This document shows, piece by piece, positions 50,020 to 63,380 of a DNA stretch of 64,000 nt. Both the position numbers and the translations under genes were made by a program. The DNA is from Azolla caroliniana (Eukaryota; Plantae; Polypodiophyta): NCBI GenBank assembly GCA_043228905.1, contig JBHGNT010000007.1, forward strand, positions 22,382,001 to 22,446,000, read 5' to 3'. The notes under the pieces are model-generated. The model worked only from the letters and a program-made list of their open reading frames with translations. It was not told the origin of the DNA and made no database searches. The first letter of the stretch is position 1. Every line of letters starts with the position of its first letter.

Positions 50020-53004
50020 GGTTCATTAAATTTTGCGGGTTGTCACAAACATTTACCATAAGATAGACACTGCTAGAATGATTTAATGATGCATCTTTAT
50101 ATGAAATAGGGGTGATCGTCAACGAAAATGGTGCGTAAGAATGAATTATTATCTTTGAGGTAGTGCTTGATATATCATAAAAAGAAGTACACATGTGGTG
50201 CACGTGTGCGATGAAATGAGTTTGAGGATCGGGATGTTATATACCTTTTTGAAGTCTAGGCCTCTCAAAGTACAAGGATACATAGTTGAAGATAGATTTT
50301 TTCTCGTAGTATCTTTATCAAATTGCTTAAGGTTGTTTTTGGATCATGTGGTTTCTCTTTGTCTATTGTTGAGGAACAAAAAATTCTACATGTCTTATCT
50401 CACACTCTCTATGACATTGCATTTCTATCTCATTGATATTGCCATATTCTTGTAGCATCCTTATTTATGGTCTTTCATGTATTATCCTTGTGGAGCGAAC
50501 AATCTCAACTTCTCAAAATCCTAGTGGTATGCTTATGGTCTTAGCTTTTTAACATACCTTTTGTAATGGGAAATTATCGAATTATCCTTCATGTTAAGGG
50601 TAACCTCAATTCTACCCACGATAATATCGAAAAGATCAAAGTTTATTGTGTTGAACAAATGGCAATGTGCACAATAATCTTCGAATTGTTTCTCGACTTC
50701 GCCTTTAATTCACATGCTTTCTCTCTCTCTAACGCTTCCCCTTCTCTTTTTCCTACTTGCATCTCCCTCTCCCTCAAATCACATCCTCTATCTCTTTGTC
50801 AAATCACCATCCTTCAGTCTCTCTCTCTCTCAAGGCACAGGTCTTTCTGCCTCACCGTCAATTCACATGCTTCATTCCCTTCTCCTCTCTCTCACTTTTT
50901 AAAATCATATATTATGTGATTTTAGAGAGAGAGTTTGTGATCTTAAAGAGAAGAAGTTGTGCATTTAACAATTCTAATGAGCCCACTATGACCCACAAAA
51001 CCAATACAATATGTCTTATAAATTGTTTGCCCATTCAAGTAACAAAGTCCAAACTAGAATAAAAAGGGATAAAGCCAAATTGATAATGCAAAGCAATGGA
51101 GATATTTTGTGTCTCCCTCTTGTTCAATTTTCATTTCTTGTAAATGAGTTCTATGGGCACCTTTTATTCATAGGAGTTGCCTTGTGTCTGCTATAATCTT
51201 ACAATGGCTCAAACATTTAACATTGCCATTAAAATCCTAACTATCATAGGGGTAATGAAGATTTTTTATGTTGTCGAATTATTTTAATATTTACAATAAT
51301 TTTATGTACATATATATAGAGAGAGATCAAATATTGCTAATCATGCCATTGTTGAAGACGATTATGTCTAATTGTTTGGAAGCAATGAGGTTATTAGCCC
51401 AATACATTGATATGGCATGCAATTAAAGGGGAACGATCCACAAACTTTGATTTTAAGTAGAGTACAATCCTAACCCACAAAACAGAGATGGACAGAATTA
51501 ATAGTAGAGGTAGTTTTGATCATTATCTCAAATATTTCTTTAAGAGTATAGTAAGAAGTTACATCGCAGGGACAAATAATTGTTCACCAATCATTTGCCA
51601 AACATGTTCTGCATATAGGGCAAGCCCCTGGTTTTTCTATTTACATGTTTACTTATGGAGTTTTAACTGTCCCTCTTATGTTGATGTGGGCTTTGAAGAC
51701 CCCCACTTTGTTTTTCTATGAGGTTAACATTGATTGCTTTATATCTTTTTATATAAATTCTTGAATGGATCTCGTTGCAAATTCAATGCAATTCTTATCA
51801 TCTTGCCATTCTCGAGTCCCGACCCTCTTTGTAAACTCAATGATATATAATATATATATTTGTTATCCTTCACAAAAATATTTGGCAATCACACACATGA
51901 AGGATATACGATCTCTATCTCTTAGTATATATATGGTCTCCATTTCACATTCATTTGTAGGTTTTGAGAATGGTAGGACACATTGTGACTTTTAGAGCGC
52001 AAACTGTAATTGCTTTCAATTCCAAATTAGGTTTTTCGAATGTTTATCTTAAGTCGATCTCTCTCCAAATTCTCGTGACTCCACAAATATATGTGCATCC
52101 ATCTCTATCTATAAAAATGTCCTAATACACGACTCCCAAGTACAATGCACTTTGTATTATTATTATTATTATTATTATTTACTCTTAGACTAACTATACG
52201 AGGGTAATTCTTGAAACGAGTCAACATCCTACCTACAACAAAAAAATTAGGTCTGTTTTGAAAAGTGGTTATTTAACCCATGTCCTGCGGCTAAATGGAG
52301 TCTTGTCAATGGAAAACTCGTAAAGAACAAACCATACTTTTTTCTGGATTGCCATTTTTAACTATAGCTTAAGATAATCTCTCAACAAGCTCAAATATTC
52401 GAAGTAAACACTCCATATCCCATCCAATCTCATGCATTCTAATCAATGTTATCTTCCCCATATTTTATAGGCTCACTTTAACTCAAATTCAAAGCTTTCG
52501 GAACGGATGGGAATGGAACTATATAGTAGGTAGACATTTGGTAACTTGTTTGAAAAAATGTATATCATATCGGGATTAGTTCAGGGTGATGAAGAAGTGT
52601 TTCATATGCTTGTCTATGCCTTCCTACAAGTGGCCAAAGCATATTTCTTTGATTGTAGCAACACATTGGCACACAAGATCCCAAGTAACTCCCAAAGAAA
52701 ATAGGCATTCCTCGACAACTAAAGAATTCTTCCATACCTCTGCCTTGCCATTTCCACTAAACCATTTTCATGTACCCAACCAGGGGTGCAATATCATACA
52801 CACCATATCTTTCACTTAATAAAGTTTTGTAGAGGCCAACTTGGAGCTAACAACACAACAACAAAAACGATGATGTGTTCCACCCAACAATAAATGGAGG
52901 TATGCGAGCATGGTCCAGAATTAGAGGTTGATCGAGTTTCTTTGTCCGAAACTACACATGATATAATAAACTGATTCTATATGTACACGAGATGCAAAGA
53001 TAAG

Positions 53005-53009
53005 CTCTC

Positions 53010-53047
<38 letters not shown>

Positions 53048-53137
53048 ATATATATATTATATGTATAGAGCTCGAATTCGGTTTACCGGTTTTAAGAGCC
53101 GATGGGATTCTCCGATCGCCTTATCAAAAATATTGTA

Positions 53138-53177
<40 letters not shown>

Positions 53178-53436
53178 CATCCGTTCTCTCTTACCCACCC
53201 ACACACACACATGCACACTCTCTCTCACATACACACACACTCTCTCTCTAATACACACACGCTCTCTCTCACATACACACACCACTCTCTCTCTAATACA
53301 CACACTCTCTCTCTCACAGACACACATTCTTTCTCTCTCTCTCTCACACACACACAGACACAGACACACACACTCTCTCTCTCACACACACATTCTCCCT
53401 CTCTCTCTCTCTCTCACACACATATCAACAACTCTC

Positions 53437-53474
<38 letters not shown>

Positions 53475-53485
53475 TCTCTCTCTCT
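53005..53485. repeat. Long compound (CT)n/(CA)n microsatellite field upstream of the acidic-protein gene
   Basis: Alternating CT and CA runs over about 480 bp, followed by a pyrimidine-rich 5' UTR-like region ending at a probable donor ACAG|GTTTGT (about 53979). Confidence 0.93.
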
Positions 53486-53610
53486 AGTGTCTGTGCAGCT
53501 TTTTCAAGGAGCTCGCTTTCCAACATAAAAAAACACCTTCCTCTTTTCTTTCTCCTTCGTTCGTTCATTCATTCCTTCTGCTTCTTCTTCGTTCGTTCGT
53601 TCGTTCGTTC

Positions 53611-53641
<31 letters not shown>

Positions 53642-54635
53642 CCTTCTTTCTTTATACACCATTCTTTCTTTATACATACATACATCGTTCTTGCCTTTTG
53701 CCTTTTGCCCTTTCCCTTCCATCCATCCTCTTCTCTCTTTTTTTTTCCCTTTTGTTTGTTTCTGATCACCACAACCACCACCATCTCTCTCTCTCTCTCT
53801 CTCTCCCTCCTCTGCTGTGTCTTCTCAGCCTCCGCCTCCTCCTCCGTAGCAGCGGTAAGCTTTTCTCACCCCCCCCCCCCCCCCCCCCGCCCCTTTTTCA
53901 TCTCGTTGCTTTTCAATCTCTCTCTCTCTCTCTCTCACTTCGACTCCTCTGTACAAGCTTCTTCTGTACTGATACACAGGTTTGTTTTGCTGGGGGATCC
54001 CCTGGGGGGAAGGGTTGATGACTCGTTTTCGTAGAGAAGCTTTGTTTCAATGCCTTTTTGGTTTTGTTTTTGAGTTCGCAGCAACTTTAGCTTTGCCTGT
54101 GCTAGGATGCTTGTAAATTTGAGTTCTTTTTCATTTTGTAGGTTGTAAGCACAGGACTTGGCAGAAAAAGTTTTGTTTTTCGTTGTATTTTGAGCCCAAT
54201 CTTGGCTGAAATATAGAATTTCTAAGCTAAAATCTCATGCTCTAGGTATTCTATCCCATATCAGTCGCAGTTTTTTCAGGAGTTCTGGTTTCTTTTCCCA
54301 TTTTAGCACATTGCAAGCTATGTTCTGACAGAATAACCTTTTTTAGTGCTGTGTGAGTCCAATTTAACCCTTAAATCACATTATTTTTGTGAGTTGATAC
54401 ATAATATCTAGTCATCCAAACTATGTATATGGAAAGATTGTGGATAATATGCAGCAGTCGCAGCAATCTGTAGCTTGGGAGATGCAACGTTCTTTAACTC
54501 AAAATTTGATTATTTGACCTTAACTTAGGACCTTCTTTTTAAACCTGAAAAGAGTCATTTTAACCCAAACCTTTTTACTGTAAATTGAATTCGCATGACT
54601 TACCTGTTCCGGTCGTTTTCTCCGCAGACTTAAAG

Positions 54636-57600
54636 ATGGCCACAGAAGTTCATGATATTGCTAATGGCAACTTGAAGGAGACTACAGAGGTGATTACTGC
54701 TCTAGATTTAGCTGCTAATTCTAGCCAGAATGATTTCTGAGCCCTAAAATATTTCAATTTTAAAATTTAGCAGTTCCCTTTTAAATCCTAAAGTTTCCTG
54801 ACAAATTTCGTGAAACTTTCTTCTCAACCTTACATAATTTCAAGTACAATTTTTTCATTGCTTTTTACTCTACTCCACCTGAGATTTGGAGGCAAAGATA
54901 GCAGAGTTTCTTTAACAATATTTAAGCCAAATTGTGTACAACATATTTTTCTAGCATGGTTTCGAAGAATATTTTTAGCGTACTTTCGTTCTGAACACGG
55001 AAATTGTAAGTCAAATTCGGTGCCAAGATTTCGAAGCCGAAAGCGGACTTTCTGAGAAAATTCTAGCAGTATTTCTGAACATTTAAAGGGAATTTTAGCA
55101 GAATCTCGTGCAATATAATTTTTTTAGCAGATTTAATGACATTTTAAAGGAAGATTTAGTTGAATTTTGGACATTTAAAGGGAATTTGATCAGCTCTATA
55201 GTATATCATGGCAAAATTAACTGAACTTGTAGCATTTCAAGGCATAAACTTAGCATAGTTTCTATCATCTCTAAATAAAATAGTGTGATTCTACGAAAAA
55301 TTTAGCAGGATTTTGACGTAATTCTCTAGCAGGATTTTCATCTTTAAAAAAAATCTATAAACTTTCTGAGACATGCTTCACAGGTTAATAACGATGATGG
55401 AGAGATTAAGGGGAAGGTTGAGGTTACGAAGTCAGTGGATGTGATCGAGTCTGGGTGAGACACTTAACTGCTTTCTCTAATTCTCAAACTTCTCATAAAT
55501 TAAATCAATCCCAAACCATTTTCTAACCTCAGCTAATCTAGACTTTTAATTCGTCATTTGCCTTTCGTTTTTCTTCCGTATTTTCAAAATTTCTTCATTA
55601 TGCCGGCCACTTTGGTCTTTTCTATATCTCGGATGAAGTTTCTGCCGATTTCTGCTAGCATCTTCTTGTATCTCATGTTTCCTGTTTAATTCTGCTAAAT
55701 TTACTTCTATTCGTGATCTTCGTCCCTTCTATTTTGTGAATCTACAAGATTTCCGCTACAATGGTCCTCCATTTCTGCAAGATCTCGTTTGTTTTCTTTA
55801 GTATATGCCGTTCTGTATGCTGAATTTGCCTTCACTGGATGATGGTTTTATCTACTTGCATTCCGCAAATTCCTTGTGGTTTCTGCTAATTGTTCTCTAA
55901 CTTCATTACTGATGGCTTATGGCCTTCGGATTCCTTTAATTCATTTGCGCTATTTTTCTGATTTCATTCCTGATCTCCAACGTTCTTTGATGCCCGTTAC
56001 TCGTTGCTTCTAATTTGGTTCTAGATTTCTTGTCTGCGTCGAATTTCATTCCTTATTTTCATTAGTTGCTTTATTTGTCTAATTGCAATGCCTAATTTCT
56101 CATGTTCTTTGAATTATTTCGTTAATCTCGTTTAATTTCAGCCCTTAATATTGTATATATCTTTGAGTTGTTGCTTTAATTTCGTTTAACTTCCTATGTT
56201 CTGTAAACTACCTCCTAATTTCGTCTAATTTATGCATTATTTCCCATGATCTTTCAATGACGTAATTAATCTCGTCTAATTTGAGTTCTTAATTTCCCAT
56301 GCTTTTGAACTTGCATGCCTTCCATGTAATTTTCTTAATTTTAATGTCTTGGAACGTATTTCCCTTAAATCCGTCTAAATATTGTTAATATGGAGTTTAT
56401 TCTTCTGTCTCCCTCAATGATCATGATTGTTCTATTTTCTTTCAGCCAATTTCAGTAATGGAACTGTTAAATCTTTCCTAATTATCTGACTAGCGTTTCG
56501 TTTGTGCTTGATTAACGTTGATTGGTCCTAATGATAATTAATTACATGCTATTGATGCTTAGTTTCCTCCTAATTACAGCTAATGTTGTGCTAGTTAGTG
56601 GTAATTATTCATTAATGCTGTAATCTATGCAACTCCTGCGAAAGTGCTTATTACGTCTCATGCTAATCATACTTACATCAGATTTAAATTGCACCATCTC
56701 TTCTAAAGAAGTCTGAGAAGAGTATCTGACGCTAATATTGTGTTAATCATGGACTTATGGTCTAATAAGTCTTAAACTATAGGTGATTAGCGCTACTTTG
56801 CTGTTAATTAGGACTTGCAGCAGGGGTGAGTATCATTAATATCGTTGTCGTTAAGGTTAACTGTATGCTATTAAAATAATAACTGTGTACCGGACTATCC
56901 TCATTAGCATTAATGTTTTGCTGTATCCTGTTAATCTTTCCTCATTTCGTGGTCCAATTCTCTCATGAGATGTTGTCAGTCTCGACTTGCTGAAAGGAAT
57001 TAACAGATCCTTGAGCAATTAAGGTTTACTCTATAGCCTGATAAGGAATGAGCAGGTCGTTCTGTGCGTAATTAATGTTAATCCATTAATTAACAAACCC
57101 TTCCATGGTGATTAGCGTTAAAAGTCCGTTAGGTGTCATTAATCTGCTATTAATGTAATTAGTGCGACTCACTAATCCATTAGCGTTAATCTTTTTCTAA
57201 TTAGCATTAATCTGGTCCACTTTTTTCTGCGTCTGATCTCGGATTATCTCTGGAAGCTCGATTTCCAAGAACAGATTTTTTTTTTGGATTTTATCAAACG
57301 GTCTCGAAAAATCTTGAAAGAAGATAAACTTCTCTTATCTAACATATTAATAATACTATTATTTTTCATGTACTTCCTTTTTTATGAGTAATATTACGAA
57401 AACAGGTTTTTTAATTTAATGCTTAAAATAATATCATAAAATTTCGTAAAAGTTTTTATTTCCCCCCTTTTTTTTACTATCATAGAAATTATGATTTAAA
57501 TAGGGTACCGATTTCTTTTTGGCATTACTGATTAATTCCATCGTTTTCAAGTCTAAAAACAAATAATAATAAAATTTAGAAACAATGACTTTTAAGCGTA

Positions 57601-58360
57601 AATTTTCTGTTCATTTTTATGTAAATGATAACAGAAAAAGAAATAAAGGAGGAATAAAATATTAAAAGCGAAGAAGAAAAAGGAAAGAAATGAAGAATTT
57701 TATTTTATTTTTTCCCTTGCAGAGACGCTAATGGAAAACTTGACGGCGTCGCGGAGAAGGTAATTTCTATTCTGCCACGTGTGCTTAAACGATTCTATAT
57801 GCACGTGTCAAAAAAAACTTCCTTATGAATAATAAATAAACGTAACCACTACATAGTGTTTGTTATTTAGGTTAAAACATTAAGAGTATATGTACATATA
57901 TTCTCACACATCAATGTATAGGCACATGCCTTAACTCTCGTTTTTGTGTGTACTTTTTTCTTCATCGAGAGATGCATATGCCTTAGTTCTAAATCTGTGT
58001 AGTACATAAATTTGTATAGAGACTTAGACATGTCCTTGCTGCCTTGGCTACTACATACAGGAGGAGCTGTTGCCGAAGAAAGGCAGTGCACCTAAACATG
58101 ATTTCCCTGAAGGAGAGGGTCCCCAGGAGGGGGAGGAAGAGAATAGTGAGGAGGAAGAAGCAGAAGCGCGAGGGCTAGTTGAAGCTGATGAAGAGGAAGA
58201 AGAAGAGGAAGATGATGAAGATGATGGCGATGATGACGAAAAGGAAGTGGAAGGAGGAGAAGAAGATTACGCTGAAGATGAGGGTGATGAGGATGAGAAT
58301 GAGGAGGATGAGGATGATGAAGAAGCGGCACCCGAGCCACCTTCAAAACGAAGGAAATGA
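54636..58360 (+). CDS. Small, highly acidic, disordered nuclear protein, 4 coding exons: 54636-54689, 55384-55454, 57723-57759, 58061-58360; 153 aa
   Basis: All junctions are GT-AG and phases agree (54+71+37+300=462 nt). MATEVHDIANGNLKETTE|VNNDDGE...ESG|DANGKLDGVAEK|EELLPKK...D/E tract...EPPSKRRK*. Upstream acceptor TCTCCGCAG at 54627. Confidence 0.85.
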
Positions 58361-59569
58361 AATATTATGTATTTGATTCACACTTAGAGAGAAGACACAG
58401 AAATGACAGACACACAGAGAGAGAGAGAGAGAGAGAGATACTAGAGAGAGACATGGAAAGCTTCCATGTCTTTTTTAAGTCTTTATAACTACTTGTTTAG
58501 TAGTAATGTAATGCATTTTGCTAAATTATCGTGGCGCTCTTTTGTCTATTGCTTGTTTATATTATTATGTACTCCACTATTACGTCCTTTTTTACTTAAT
58601 TCTTCATGTTGAAAGTCCAATCATTATTACTCCTTTTCATCCCTGTGTCTGGACTCTGCACTGTATAGTTCTTCTTTTAGCTTTGTTGGATATGTATTGG
58701 AATATACCTCCTAAATTTTCAGATGCTCCTTGCTAGGCTTTCAATGAAGGGGCATAGAGTTTATTTCTGAAGTGATGGGTATTTCTGATGAATACGCATC
58801 ATGTCAGAGGTTGGTGTTTTAGAAATTTCGAAGTCTATGTGTATTTTCGATGAATGCCCATCACATCAACGTCAGTAGTTTTGCATTTTTCAAAAAAGTA
58901 TGCCTTGCTTATGTCTTAAATCATATGAAATTTGCTTATTAGTAAAACTCTGTAAGCAACTCGAGTGAATTAGGATCTCATTATCGAATTTAGCTTTTAA
59001 TCATAATCAATAGCTGCAGTCATAATGTTAAAAAATGAAACCTAGTAGTGTATTAAGTGTGTCACGATCTCAATTTTTTTTGGCATGCCTAGGAAATTCA
59101 GATTGAACCAGGAGTATAATAAGCTTGTTGTGCTAAGAGTTTTTGGCATGCCTAGGGATTGAGATGGAATTTAATGAATGTCGTAAAGTTAATATTTACA
59201 ACTTTTCTCAAATGATCGTGAAAGGTTTCATTATGCCTTCAATATGAAATTTGAAGGTTTAGTCATTGAATTTGAGATTGAACTATAACCAAAAATAATA
59301 TGACTTAAAGCCCGATGTGTTTGTGGAAATTCTGCTTGTCCATAACTCAAATCGTTTGTCAATTCATTTCCTTGCCAATAACTATTATATGGCAGTTATA
59401 TACTTATATTTCAATTTTCTTTAAGCTTTTCATATCCCATGAAGCAAGTTTTTGCCTTTGTTAAGCAACAAGTGATTAATTGACACACACCTATGAATAA
59501 ATTGTGACATTGAATGAAGAACAAATTTGGCATGAAGATCTATTATCGGTGGGTGAAGTGCTAATAAAT

Positions 59570-59752
59570 AAAGTATGATGCCACAAACAAATTGATCAAT
59601 TAAGCAACATGTCACTGAAAATGAATCAATGAGTTGAACAAGAACAATGTCATATTGGCTAATTAAAGTACAATGCCACAAATGAACTGATCAATTAAGC
59701 AACATGTCAGTGATAATGAATCAATAAGTTCAACAAAAACAATATCACAATT
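59570..59752. repeat. About 95-bp tandem duplication
   Basis: AAAGTA..ATGCCACAAA...TGATCAATTAAGCAACATGTCA.TGA.AATGAATCAAT at about 59570 and 59665, with a weaker third copy near 59460. Confidence 0.8.
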
Positions 59753-62499
59753 ATATAGTAAATGTTTAAATGTATTTATTGAGACGGGCAACACATGGTC
59801 TTTACTCATTTTAGAGGCTTTGTGGGTCGTATGTATGGGGTGGGTCTCACTTTCAATCATTAATATGTTCGCTTGGTGCTCCTATGTTGTACAAATAGTC
59901 CTAATGTAATATGAATCGATAACTATTGGTTCAAAAATATGAAGTGATAACGTTCTTTGCAAAGTAACTTTAAAAGGTTTGAGTTGGTTGCACTCGACTA
60001 CATCCCAATGCTAGTAGTCATTCAAAAAATGTCTACAAAATAAATCTTGGCAAGGTAGGTTCACTTTTCTTTGTGGAGGGGCAAAAACAAAGCACACTTT
60101 TCTTAAAAGGTGTAGTTGTAAAAATACATCATTTGCATGGTTTTAAAATATGTTGACCATCCCGAGAAAGTTAAAACGTCCCTCAAAGGGTGTTGCAACG
60201 GTCAAAAATTGGCATGGTATATAAAAAGAATGTTTAAGTTCACCAAACATCAATAGACATCAAACAACTGGATCAAATTAGAGAGTGCCTAAAATTTTCA
60301 AAGTGAGTTGGGGGGAGAACTTTGATTGTAGCTTGAAAAATGAATATTGACTTGCATAGATGAATGTTTCTTTGAGCTCACCCCTTGCAATGCTCGAATT
60401 TGAAACTTAACACTTAACGGAAAGAGACTCATTTTTTAGACTCATTCACAAAGTTTACGGTCTTGAAAATGATTTGTCATGTTATTTATTCGCATGAATG
60501 TTCTCTAACGAGTGAAACAAATTGTGGAAACCAAATGGTAGGCTATACAACTCCCAATTGAATGATTTTACACATTTTGTCATCCAATAAGAAAGTCTTA
60601 GGAGTGCTATCTTACCGAGGTCCCCAACTCAATGAAATCATGAAAATGACTATTTGAATATGAGATTAATTAGATTCAAATGGCACAATTTGATAACTTA
60701 ATTAGTTCATTACGTTATATTGGATTAGAAGGAACAATGGTAAACGTTGAACAACGAACTACTCAGAGATGTCTATGCATGAGGCTTGCGATGAAAAATA
60801 ATCAAAAGAACATGAACATTACATAAAGTCAATATGGCAAAATTATCTATTGTGTGATGAATCCATCATATCAATACAAGGAGCCCAAGTGTGAACATGG
60901 GTAATGAACATTCTAGCAAATTTTTTCTTGATTGAGATTCACAATATAAACTTTGGGAATTATTCATTTGATTTGTGAAATGGATAGTCAATTATGTCAT
61001 TGAATGTAAGTACCGGTCAATGCGTATGAGAAAGTGTCAATGCCCACTAAAAGCCAAACTGGCCTATATGTGAATGAGTGCGTGAGAGCCCCATAGTTTT
61101 GTTGTCTTCTAATTAATGGGTTTTTTCTCTTCAAGTTTTGTCTTGTAGTTCCAATCTATGTTTGTGCTAGAGCCTATGTGCTTTTATGCATCTGCAACCT
61201 GTTTGTGTGTGTGGTAATTCAATATATTCTTGTAGCCGCATGGCTTGAAGGCTTGAAAAGCAATGGATGACTTGAGAGGGACATCTCTGTTCAAGGATTA
61301 GTTGTACAAATTCTAGTCTTTTACCTTTATTTTTATTTCATTACGGTTGTGGCTATCAAATGCATTGGTACGAAATTGAACCCAAAATTTGGCCGTCTAA
61401 GAAATGTCCTCGAATTGTTATTTGTTAATACATATGTTACCAAAAACCATGTTCGCGTTCACAAGTGGAAGGATCATACACAAATGGAAGGATAAAGAAT
61501 ATTCCGTTTGATTTTGGGGTTATTTTTTGCCATTTCACAAAACACCTTGATACTAGTATCACATATGCTCAAAAACTTGATGAAAAAGTGGAAAATTTCA
61601 CCATTTGGTAAAATTGAAAAATGCCAAAATTTGGTCAAATATGAAAAATAACTTTGTCTATTTTTAAGGAGAAATGATAACTAACAAGTTTTTAGATCTT
61701 AAAGATTTTAGAAGCAAAAGATTTCAGAACAATAAACTTTTTTATATCATTCGATAAAATGTTGTCTAAATTTGTTACATATCGTTGAACAAAAAATGCA
61801 TTCAGTAGTTATTTGCATCACTATGATCACTCCTTTCATGAGAATCACTACTATAGCTAATATACAATTATGACTCTTCCTCCTCATTTTCAAATGTACC
61901 AATCAAATCATTGTCTTCACCAAATGGTGTCTCCAAATTGTTTGCACTAAATCTTGTTCGCCTTCAATTTGGGACATTTTCTAGACTTGGTAATATCTCT
62001 TTTATTATGTCTATCGTTGTCTTCCTTAAACTTCCAACTTTTGTCAATGTAAAGTCATACACAATGATATTCACCTCACTAGGGTCAATGATAGATGTAT
62101 TACAAAGGTTTAATGTATCACCACATCCCAAACTTTACCAATCCAGAATTGGTGCCCTAGGTCATGGCCATCTACATGTGTAACTATTAATATCCCCACC
62201 TTGAGTTCTTGCAAGTTTCCTTGTCACCTAACTTATGCTTGTGTTGGCATCCTTGGTTCGACATAAATGTTTCTTTGTTGTGGATGGACCAAACTATGAA
62301 GATAAACATTAAGTGCTTGAAGTGGTGATTGAGACCATAAGAATATTTTATAGACCATGTAAACGACATTTCCAAGGTTCAATTACCGTCAACACAATTA
62401 TCAATGGTTTTTTGTTGATCAATGAAGAACATGTTCACCATAGTGTATCTTGTTGTGCAACATAATTCTTTGCATTATCAATATGCTTCTTTTTCTCTT

Positions 62500-63094
62500 G
62501 TAAAAACAAAGATTTTAGTACAATTTGAGTTCTTGTTTAAAAAAACTCTTTTATTTGAAAAAAAGAGAACATTTTAAAACATGAACTCGATACATTGTAT
62601 CGATTTGATGTAAAAAGGAGAGTTTCCATCACAATTTGATACAATGTATCGAATTCATGTTCAACATTTTTTTTCCCAAATTAAAAAAAATAAAATAAAA
62701 TTTTGAGCTTGAGTTGATGAAAAAACTAGAGTTTTCATCACAATTTGATACAATGTACTGAGTTCATGTTTAAAATATTTTTTTTAAATTTTTTTATGGG
62801 AAAAAAACATTAACATTAATTCAATAAATTGTATCAAATTGGGATGAAAAATCTGGTTTTTTCATCACTTCAAGCTCAAAATATATTGAAAAAAAATTAA
62901 AATAAATAGAAAATTAAAATAAAAAAACAAAAAAAACTTTAAACATGAACTCGATACAATGTATTGAGTACATGTTGAAAACTCAACTTTTCAACGTGAA
63001 CTGGATACAATGTATTGAGTTCCTGTAAAAAATAGAGTTTTTAGCATGAACTCGATACATTGTATCAAATAGTACTACGAAATCTCTGTTTTAC
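62500..63094. mobile_element. Foldback/MITE-like element built from a palindromic motif (CATGAACTCGATACA-W-TGTATCGAGTTCATG)
   Basis: Full or partial copies at about 62580, 62635, 62745, 62825, 62944, 62995 and 63045. Outer inverted match GTAAAAACAAAGATTTTAGTACAATTTG / CAAATAGTACTACGAAATCTCTGTTTTAC. Confidence 0.7.
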
Positions 63095-63380
63095 TATTAA
63101 AATGATCGAGTTGCTAAATAAATTATATATTTTCACAAGATTTTCCATTAGAAAAATTGCTTGATGGGGGTGTTTTTATTACGCTATTTAGTATTTGTTT
63201 TGCATATTGTTTAACAAAAATTCATTAATTTTTGCGATATTTCGCATCTACCTGTCTCTTTTAGGTATTTCAAGCCCTTTTCTAGAGTTAACCGAACTTT
63301 AAACATATAAGTTGTTAGAAATTACTTATTGGTTCATATAATTGAGTTTCTCAATATTTTTTGATCTTGTGCCTACAAGG

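Noticed and set aside
46600-52900. Scattered 60-150 aa ORFs in AT-rich DNA
   Set aside because: I could find no consistent splice pattern or family motif. Probably very old TE debris.
52981-54034. Several His/Thr/Leu/Ser-rich ORFs
   Set aside because: They are translations of CT/CA microsatellites and the pyrimidine-rich UTR.
56808-56832. Possible microexon (TTGCAG CAGGG GTGAGT) in the acidic-protein gene
   Set aside because: Candidate lengths of 2, 5 or 14 nt break the frame, there is no polypyrimidine tract, and the gene is in phase without it.
61480-62400. Possible transposon terminus and minus-strand coding relic (GHQFWIGKV) near the MTase-like region
   Set aside because: Too decayed to assign by eye, with no matching TIR or TSD. 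Worth including in the profile search suggested for the MTase finding.
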